NCBI RefSeq assembly: GCF_028330525.1
Contig: NZ_JAQMSD010000250.1
Span: 3,565-27,564 of the forward strand
DNA from: Spirulina sp. CS-785/01
Lineage (GTDB): Bacteria > Cyanobacteriota > Cyanobacteriia > Cyanobacteriales > Spirulinaceae
Length of the DNA stretch: 24,000 nt
Reading direction: 5' to 3'
Shown here: positions 18,188 to 24,000 of the stretch, in pieces
How the letters are laid out: each line of letters opens with the position of its first letter
Numbering within the stretch: the first letter of the stretch is position 1
Position numbers and translations under genes: made by a program
The notes under the pieces: model-generated
Database searches by the model: none
What the model was told of the DNA's origin: nothing
Seen by the model: only the letters and a program-made list of their open reading frames with translations

Positions 18188-18651
18188 TCCCAAACGGGTC
18201 GTGTAACGGGTCTTCTTAGGTGGTATTGGGATTTTGTACCGATCAATCAAACATCTATCGGTCGATCTCTGCAACATCCACCAACCAAGACCTCTCCGAC
18301 TCCACCAACATCCCCTGTAACTCTACAAACTCCTGGCAATCATCATTATTTAAAGCAGTCGTTTTCCTAAACTCCGTCCGGGGTCGAGTGGGTAATCCCA
18401 AATTTTTCCGTAGCCATTGGTGCGAAACTGAACTGATCGTTTCCCCTTTGAACCGGACTCGTCCCCCACTGGGGGCTGACGGGATGACAAAAGTGGTAAA
18501 CCTCAGATGTAATGGGAAAGAGGGGGAAAGTATGAGCCAAAAAAAATGAGACCACAAAATTGGCTTTAATTTTGCTTAGAGAAAAGGAAACTCACTGACC
18601 AATTCTAGAGTCTTCACTTATAGTTGAGATACAAGGGTTGGGGACAGAGCA

Positions 18652-19146
18652 ATGAAGCACACCATTTGGACTACAATAATCTTCGTCATGTTGTTTTGTG
18701 GCGCATTTGGCCTCACCGTCTTTAGCCAAACCCCTCCCAGTCCCCATTTTGACTATACCATTAGCGGATGTGAGGGCTATCAGACCCATTTACCCGAAGT
18801 GGTTCGCACCCCAGACAATACCCGCAGTTCCCGCCCTATGGCTTCTAATTTAATTCAAAATCTGGAAATTCACAGCGATTCACAGGCGTTTTCTTTTTCC
18901 CATGGGTTAACTTATGTGTGCTGTGCCGATTTTGAATTATCCAGTGATATTGATCAAGAGGAAAAGGTGATTACGGTGGTGGAACGGAATGTGGGAGAAT
19001 ATTGCCGATGTATTTGTAATTATACGGTGACGGGGGAGTTTGCAGATTTACCGACCGGAAATTATGAGTTACGGGTTTATTTACAAGAAAAAAATGTAGA
19101 ACAATTGCAATTTTTATTTAATCAAAATATCACGGTTAACAATTAA
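18652..19146 (+). CDS. Exported hypothetical protein, Cys-rich, 164 aa
   Basis: ATG start and an N-terminal signal peptide (MKHTIWTTIIFVMLFCGAFGLTVFSQ). The mature part has paired Cys motifs (CEGY, VCCADF, CRCIC). I recognise no family. Confidence 0.65.
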   Translation: MKHTIWTTIIFVMLFCGAFGLTVFSQTPPSPHFDYTISGCEGYQTHLPEVVRTPDNTRSSRPMASNLIQNLEIHSDSQAFSFSHGLTYVCCADFELSSDIDQEEKVITVVERNVGEYCRCICNYTVTGEFADLPTGNYELRVYLQEKNVEQLQFLFNQNITVNN

Positions 19147-19163
19147 TAATTAACAATTAAAAT

Positions 19164-19220
19164 TGTAGGTTGGGTGAAGCGGTAGCGTAACCCAACAAAC
19201 CCTCTGTCCATGTTGGGTTA
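19164..19220. repeat. MITE-like palindromic repeat, copy A (3' arm truncated)
   Basis: TGTAGGTTGGGTGAAGCGGTAGCGTAACCCAACA (19164-19197) is near-identical to the 5' arm of copy B. Only GTTGGGTTA (19212-19220) remains of the return arm. Confidence 0.85.
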
Positions 19221-19268
19221 GACGGAATCCGGTATCAAAAGACCCTAAAAAATAATGAAACGCTCTTT

Positions 19269-19287
19269 GGGTGGGCAATGCCCACCC
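19269..19287. repeat. Short perfect palindrome GGGTGGGCA-A-TGCCCACCC
   Basis: 9-1-9 palindrome followed by TAC, related in sequence to the CACCC(A)ACCTAC ends of the flanking elements. Confidence 0.85.
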
Positions 19288-19320
19288 TACAATGATTAAT
19301 TCTTTACTAATTTAGTTGAT

Positions 19321-19402
19321 TGTAGGTTGGGTGAAGCGATAGCGTAACCCAACATCCCCCAGTGAAAAACGTTGGGTTACACTGCGTTTCACCCAACCTA
19401 CG
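19321..19402. repeat. MITE-like palindromic repeat, copy B (complete, about 82 nt hairpin)
   Basis: The 5' arm GTAGGTTGGGTGAAGCGATAGCGTAACCCAAC pairs with the 3' arm GTTGGGTTACACTGCGTTTCACCCAACCTAC. There is no coding capacity. Confidence 0.88.
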
Positions 19403-19578
19403 ATAATTCACTCATTTAGGGCGGATTATATGTTGCCTGGCCAGTTTGGCCAATTTGGAGTCCGTTGTGCTACCCTAGAAAAGTTGTCAAAAATTCGCAC
19501 ATCTAGGGATTCGGGTGTTTCCCCCAGTGGAAACCACACCTAGATGGAGGATAAACCCGAAGAAAAGGAGAAAATTTA

Positions 19579-20370
19579 ATGCCCGTTGTTTCACTTGCAA
19601 ACTTGCTAGAGTCAGGGGTTCACTTCGGCCACCAAACGCGCCGTTGGAATCCTAAGATGGATAACTACATCTACACTTCACGCAATGGGGTTCATATCAT
19701 CGACTTGGTGCAAACGGCTCAGTTGATGGAAGAAGCCTACGATTATACCCGGACTTCGGCTGAAGAAGGGAAAAAATTCCTCTTTGTTGGGACAAAACGG
19801 CAGGCCGCTGGGATTGTTGCTCAAGAGGCACTCCGGTGCGGGTCTTATTTCGTTAACCAGCGTTGGTTGGGGGGAATGCTGACCAACTGGGAAACGATTA
19901 AACAACGCATTGAACGACTCAAAGAACTGGAACGCTTAGAGGAAAGTGGCGCGTTGGCCAAACGTCCTAAGAAAGAGGCTTCAGTTCTCCGTCGGGAGTT
20001 AAATAAATTACAAAAATATCTGGGAGGCATCAAAACGATGCGGAAACCCCCCGATATTGTGGTGATCATTGACCAACGACGGGAATATAATGCGATTCTC
20101 GAATGTCAAAAATTAGGGATTCCCATTGTCTCGTTGCTTGATACCAACTGTGATCCCGATTATGTGGATATTCCCATTCCTGCTAATGACGATGCCATTC
20201 GGTCTATTAAATTAATTGTCGGAAAGCTCGCTGATGCTATTTATGAAGGGCATCACGGGGAACTGGATCCTGAACGAGAGGAGTTTGAGGACGCTCTCGA
20301 AGAAGGGGACTACGATGATTATGAGGATGAGGAGTACGATGAGGATGAGGAAGACGACAGCGAAGAATAA
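19579..20370 (+). CDS. rpsB: 30S ribosomal protein S2, with an acidic C-terminal tail
   Basis: [36 protein letters not shown], and DTNCDPD. SD AAGGAG at 19565-19570. The final ~40 aa are D/E/Y-rich. Confidence 0.97.
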   Translation: MPVVSLANLLESGVHFGHQTRRWNPKMDNYIYTSRNGVHIIDLVQTAQLMEEAYDYTRTSAEEGKKFLFVGTKRQAAGIVAQEALRCGSYFVNQRWLGGMLTNWETIKQRIERLKELERLEESGALAKRPKKEASVLRRELNKLQKYLGGIKTMRKPPDIVVIIDQRREYNAILECQKLGIPIVSLLDTNCDPDYVDIPIPANDDAIRSIKLIVGKLADAIYEGHHGELDPEREEFEDALEEGDYDDYEDEEYDEDEEDDSEE

Positions 20371-20506
20371 TGGGCTGGAGTCTATGGACTCATTACAAAA
20401 GCAACCCCCCAACTGCCAAGTTGGGTAAACCTTCAGTATAATCTTTGATTTGCTGAGAGAGGATGTCAAAATAAATAGTCAGAGACCACCGAATCCCGAT
20501 AGAGTC

Positions 20507-21298
20507 ATGGCGAAGAAAAAAAAGAAAAAAGACGAAGCAAAGTCCACTCCGAAAGCGGAAGTAAAGGAAACGCAGGCGAAAAAAGAAGCCTCTGAAGCTC
20601 CTAAAGCCGCCGCTCAACCTGAAGCAGCTAAAAAAGATGCTCCAAAAATCTCTCCTAAATTAATCAAAGAACTAAGAGAGAAGACGGGAGCAGGGATGAT
20701 GGACTGCAAAAAAGCCCTTGTCGAAAGTGAGGGCGATATGGACAAGGCGACGGAATGGCTACGGCAAAAAGGAATCAGTTCTGCTGAGAAGAAAGCCGGG
20801 CGCGTGGCCGCTGAAGGTTTGGTGGGGAGTTATATCCACACCGGAGGCCGCGTTGGTGTTTTAGTTGAGGTGAATTGTGAGACGGACTTTGTGGCTCGTC
20901 GTGACGAGTTCCAAGAGTTGGTTCACAATCTCGCTATGCAAATTGCGGCTTGTCCCAATGTGGAATATGTCAGTGTTGATGATATTCCCAAAAATTTCGT
21001 GGAAAGCGAGAAGCAAATCGAAATGGGGCGCGAAGATTTGGCGAGTAAGCCGGAGAATATTCGAGAAAAAATTGTGGATGGACGGATTCAAAAACGTCTC
21101 AAAGAAGTGTCTTTGATGGATCAACCCTATATTAAAGACCAAAATATTACCGTTGAAGAACTGGTAAAACAAATGGCGGGTACAATTGGCGAAAATATCC
21201 AAGTTCGTCGCTTTAGCCGTTTTGTTCTCGGTGAGGGGATTGAGAAAGAAGAAAGTAACTTGGCTGAGGAAGTGGCGGCACAAACCGGACAGGGGTAA
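20507..21298 (+). CDS. tsf: Elongation factor Ts, with a Lys/Ala/Glu-rich N-terminal extension of about 47 aa
   Basis: The conserved core starts at [24 protein letters not shown] and continues through [19 protein letters not shown]. The only in-frame start codons upstream of the core are the ATG at 20507 ([12 protein letters not shown]...) and the ORF-opening codon at 20450. Confidence 0.92.
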   Translation: MAKKKKKKDEAKSTPKAEVKETQAKKEASEAPKAAAQPEAAKKDAPKISPKLIKELREKTGAGMMDCKKALVESEGDMDKATEWLRQKGISSAEKKAGRVAAEGLVGSYIHTGGRVGVLVEVNCETDFVARRDEFQELVHNLAMQIAACPNVEYVSVDDIPKNFVESEKQIEMGREDLASKPENIREKIVDGRIQKRLKEVSLMDQPYIKDQNITVEELVKQMAGTIGENIQVRRFSRFVLGEGIEKEESNLAEEVAAQTGQG

Positions 21299-21360
21299 GC
21301 TAGAGCCATCAGCAACTCTAGTCTTATTTCAGTCTGATCACTGAAATCGAGATTGAGACT

Positions 21361-21404
21361 AAAAGGCAAAAGGTACGAAGTTTTTTCGACTTTTGCCTTT
21401 TTTC
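21361..21404 (+). terminator. Putative intrinsic terminator after tsf
   Basis: AAAAGGCAAAAG (21361-21372) is the perfect complement of CTTTTGCCTTTT (21390-21401), with an inner CGAA/TTCG pair, and runs into a T tract. The stem is A/U-rich and symmetric, so it could act in both directions. Confidence 0.6.
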
Positions 21405-21510
21405 ACTAAAAGAAGAAGGGATAACGGTTTTCTCTAAAAAAGCTCAACACGATCAGAAATTTTTCAACGCTAAACTATAAGATTGAAGCGGTTAAGCCTA
21501 AAAGAGTTAT

Positions 21511-22629
21511 ATGGTCAAGTCACTACAAAAAATTGAACAAGATTTAGCGGGATTGGCGGACAATGTAGTGCAGTTGAAGGAACAGATTGAGCAGCAATAC
21601 ACGCGCTACCTGACACATCTGGGGGAGTCGGTGAAACGAAGTGTCGTTATGACCAGTTATCAAATTTGTACCCAGACCTATCCTGAGCTTTTTTTAAAGT
21701 TGGATTTTAATGAGCGTCAATCACTCCAGCAAGATATTCGGAAGTTGTCCCAAACGGCGGCGGAACAGTTATTACGGACGTTAGAGCAAGCGCGACTAGA
21801 GCAGGAGAAATCCCAGGCGGGGGGGTCTGGGGAGGATGCACCGACTCAAGTGTTGAGTAAGTTACCGATTACGCCGGAACAGTTGAAGATGATTCGGGAG
21901 CAACTGTTTCAGAAAATGGCGGAACAGCAGGAGAAGATGGAGGCGCGAAAACGGGATTCTGAGGATTCAGATGAGGATTTGGCGAGTGAGTTAATTGCGG
22001 CGACGGAGGAGGAGACAGAGCCAACGGCGGAATTACAGGAGATGTTGGTGCAGGTGGATGCGGAGTCGGATGAGGATGTAGAGGAGGATGAAGATGTGGA
22101 GGAGGATGAAGATGTAGAGGAGGATGAGGAGGATGAGGAGTCGGAGTTGGCTAAGTCTTCTGATGGGAGAAATACAGATCCCAATCATCCGGGTCGTTTA
22201 CTCCAAGAATTTAAACAGGCGGAAGCCTTGATTGTGGAGCAGTTGCAGGATTTATCTAATCAAACAAACCAACGGTTACAAGCGGCGGGGATTTTACCGA
22301 AAAAGTTACCGCCGAAACTTTTGGAAGCGGCTATTGAGGCGGAAAATTCTCCGAGTGGGGCGGGTGGGGCTCCGAATCAGTTAAATTTGTTGATTGAGGC
22401 GGAGAATGAGAAGTCGCCGAAGGATTCGACGGTGATGCAGGTGACAGCCCTTCGTCTCCGGTTATCGGAGATTGAGTTTGCTGATCCCACCTTAACTGGG
22501 GAACGGAATAAGTTGCGGGGTTTGATTAAACAGTTGAAACGGTTGCACAAGCAAGATCAGAAGCTGCACCAAGAAAAGGCGATCGCAGAGGCGGAAGCGG
22601 CATGGCGTTCTAGTTGGTTTGAAGATTAG
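21511..22629 (+). CDS. Hypothetical coiled-coil protein with a central poly-acidic low-complexity region, 372 aa
   Basis: Long ATG-initiated ORF with heptad-like N- and C-terminal segments and a D/E-rich centre (EDEDVEEDEDVEEDEDVEEDEEDEE). I recognise no catalytic motifs. Confidence 0.7.
   Translation: MVKSLQKIEQDLAGLADNVVQLKEQIEQQYTRYLTHLGESVKRSVVMTSYQICTQTYPELFLKLDFNERQSLQQDIRKLSQTAAEQLLRTLEQARLEQEKSQAGGSGEDAPTQVLSKLPITPEQLKMIREQLFQKMAEQQEKMEARKRDSEDSDEDLASELIAATEEETEPTAELQEMLVQVDAESDEDVEEDEDVEEDEDVEEDEEDEESELAKSSDGRNTDPNHPGRLLQEFKQAEALIVEQLQDLSNQTNQRLQAAGILPKKLPPKLLEAAIEAENSPSGAGGAPNQLNLLIEAENEKSPKDSTVMQVTALRLRLSEIEFADPTLTGERNKLRGLIKQLKRLHKQDQKLHQEKAIAEAEAAWRSSWFED
22069..22140 (+). repeat. 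In-frame 18-nt tandem repeat (GAT GAR GAT GTR GAG GAG) x3, followed by GAT GAG GAG x2
   Basis: Units at 22069-22086, 22087-22104 and 22105-22122, then degenerate copies to about 22140. It encodes the DEDVEE repeat. Confidence 0.9.
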
Positions 22630-22719
22630 CAAAGCCGATAAAATAAGAGACGATGTGGATGCGATCGCTGCCTCTATGGCAAGACTCTGTAAATCCGAAC
22701 AATTCGGCTAGATCGCCAC

Positions 22720-22747
22720 TTATCCATTACCCATTATCCATTACCCA
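22720..22747. repeat. 14-nt tandem duplication TTATCCATTACCCA x2
   Basis: Perfect copies at 22720-22733 and 22734-22747, ending 7 nt before the recG ATG. Confidence 0.95.
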
Positions 22748-22754
22748 CTAAACA

Positions 22755-24000
22755 ATGCAACCAGACTGGATGAGACTCAAAAAAGCTCTGGCCGTGGAAG
22801 CAGACCGAGGATTCACCAATTTACAGGGGAATCAGTACCGCTTCCATGAGTTTATGTGTCTCAGTTTTGGGGAAATGTTGCCCCAATCTCTAGGAACACC
22901 GGACCAACGCCGGAGATGGCAAACGTTAGCCCAACATTTTGCCCAATATCCCTATTTACCTCCCGAAGAACGGAAGTCGCTGGTTTCCTCTGCTCGGCAT
23001 TTGGTGCAGAATCTCCAGTGTAGTGCAGAACAACCTCAGCGCGACTCTCGTTCAACTCCAACTCCTAAAGTTCAACCTGTGGGGGTTAAAGACTCTATAC
23101 CCCGTGAAGTCGATGAAATCCCCAATTTAGATGATCCGTTGACGGAAGTGGCGGAAATTGTCCGTAAGGGGAGTAGTAAAGCCTTGGCACAGTTGAGCTT
23201 GTTGCGGGTGCGGGATGTGCTGTTTTATTATCCCCGTGACCATATTGATTATGCCCGTCAGGTGGATATTGCGGAACTTGTGCCGGGGGAAACCGTGACG
23301 GTGGTGGGGACGATTAAGAGTTGTAGTTGTTTTAGTAGTCCGAAACGGAAAAGTTTGACTATCTTAGATATTCGCTTGCGCGATCGCACCGGACAACTCA
23401 AACTCACCCGCTTCTTTAATGGGTACTACTTCTCCAATCGCGGTTGGCAGAAATTAATGGAGAAGAATTATCCGAAAGGCGCGATCGCAGCCGCCTCCGG
23501 CCTCGTGAAAAAAAACAAATACGGCATCACCCTAGACAACCCCGAAATCGAAATCCTCGACGGCCCCGGAGCAACCATCGAATCCCTCAACATTGGTCGC
23601 GTCCTCCCCGTCTATCCCCTCACCGAAGGAGTCTCCGCCGATGTCGTCCGTCGGGCTGTCCTCGCCACCCTCCCCGCCGTCCAACACCTCCAAGACCCCC
23701 TCCCCAAGGACCTAAAAAAACAATACAGCCTCATTAATCTTCAAGAAGCCATCACCCAAATCCACTTCCCCGAAGACCTAGAAACCCTCACCCACGCCCG
23801 ACGCAGACTCATCTTCGACGAATTCTTTTACGTCCAACTCGGCTTTCTGCAACGTCGCCAACAGCACAAACAAGAGCAAACCAGTGCCATTTTCCCCCCC
23901 ACCGGGGAACTCATGGAACGGTTTAAAGACCTCCTCCCCTTCGACCTCACCAACGCCCAAAAACGAGTCGTCAGCGACATCTTACAAGACCTCAACGCCC
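22755..24000 (+). CDS. recG: ATP-dependent DNA helicase RecG (3' end beyond the window), with the long N-terminal extension typical of cyanobacterial RecG
   Basis: This ORF is absent from the track because it has no stop in the window. Frame 3 is open from the ATG at 22755 to 24000. My hand translation gives MQPDWMRLKKAL...LSLLRVRDVLFYYPRDHIDYARQ...PGETVTVVGTIKS (wedge/OB region)...LTHARRRLIFDEFFYVQLGFLQRR...LPFDLTNAQKRVVSDILQDL, which is the characteristic lead-in to helicase motif I. The start codon (22755 or 22770) is uncertain. Confidence 0.9.
   Translation, partial: MQPDWMRLKKALAVEADRGFTNLQGNQYRFHEFMCLSFGEMLPQSLGTPDQRRRWQTLAQHFAQYPYLPPEERKSLVSSARHLVQNLQCSAEQPQRDSRSTPTPKVQPVGVKDSIPREVDEIPNLDDPLTEVAEIVRKGSSKALAQLSLLRVRDVLFYYPRDHIDYARQVDIAELVPGETVTVVGTIKSCSCFSSPKRKSLTILDIRLRDRTGQLKLTRFFNGYYFSNRGWQKLMEKNYPKGAIAAASGLVKKNKYGITLDNPEIEILDGPGATIESLNIGRVLPVYPLTEGVSADVVRRAVLATLPAVQHLQDPLPKDLKKQYSLINLQEAITQIHFPEDLETLTHARRRLIFDEFFYVQLGFLQRRQQHKQEQTSAIFPPTGELMERFKDLLPFDLTNAQKRVVSDILQDLNA

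Noticed and set aside
18340-18500. Partial resemblance to riboswitch cores: GGTGCGAAACTG...CCACTGGG on the plus strand (cobalamin-like) and GGACGGAGTTTAGGAAAACG on the minus strand (glutamine glnA-RNA-like).
   Set aside because: Only fragments match. The B12 box with its paired elements, and the closing CGUUC/GGAACG P1 of the glutamine motif, cannot be found. There is also no appropriate downstream gene.
20405-20445. CCCAAC-TGCCAA-GTTGGG hairpin and a TATAAT at about 20436-20441 between rpsB and tsf, considered as an attenuator plus internal promoter.
   Set aside because: The hairpin is not followed by a T tract, and no acceptable -35 element sits at 16-18 nt. This is not enough evidence to call either feature.
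21909-22184. 91-aa Ser-rich minus-strand ORF.
   Set aside because: It is the antisense reading of the GAG/GAT acidic repeat of the 372-aa gene (TCC/TCA/TCT runs), which makes it an artefact.
22720-22747. TTATCCA in each 14-nt repeat resembles a DnaA box (TTATCCACA), raising the possibility of an origin. This would tie in with the composition switch in recG.
   Set aside because: There are only two 7/9 matches and no cluster of boxes, AT-rich unwinding element or dnaA/dnaN nearby. The composition switches recur several times in the window and follow the coding strand rather than the replication strand, so an ori/ter explanation does not fit.
23444-23737. 97-aa Pro/Arg-rich plus-strand ORF (and 23778..23960 on the minus strand).
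   Set aside because: It is an out-of-frame shadow inside the C-rich part of recG, whose own frame carries clear RecG motifs.

Overview
This window reads as chromosomal DNA from a cyanobacterium. By eye there are at least 16 perfect HIP1 octamers (GCGATCGC), an sbtA/sbtB bicarbonate-uptake pair and an HstK-type hybrid kinase. Gene order: HtrA-like protease (5' partial, +); a convergent minus-strand operon of SDR, SDR and flavin monooxygenase; a divergent membrane-anchored alpha/beta-hydrolase (+); a complete group II intron with an RT/maturase/HNH ORF (+, about 5520-8035); an AT-rich leader with a 15-nt tandem repeat; a gene of about 1800 aa encoding Ser/Thr kinase, STAND/AAA ATPase, helical repeats, GAF and histidine kinase (+); purH (-); sbtB (-) divergent from sbtA (+); about 460 bp I cannot assign; an exported Cys-rich protein (+); MITE-like palindromic repeats; rpsB-tsf (+); an acidic coiled-coil protein (+); and recG (+, 3' partial), which is missing from the ORF track because it runs off the window. 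I found no rRNA, tRNA or CRISPR array, and no recognisable multi-gene defence or toxin system. The points most worth a second look are: (1) the non-canonical sbtB/sbtA arrangement, with an SbtB that lacks the C-terminal CGPxGC redox motif; (2) the intact intron sitting outside any conserved gene; (3) abrupt intragenic switches between two synonymous-codon 'dialects', one of them exactly at a HIP1 site in recG; (4) a frame-sensitive heptanucleotide repeat inside the giant kinase; (5) a dehydrogenase/monooxygenase/esterase cluster; and (6) several unusually long unassigned intergenic regions. All calls rest on reading the sequence and remembered family motifs. No database search was run.
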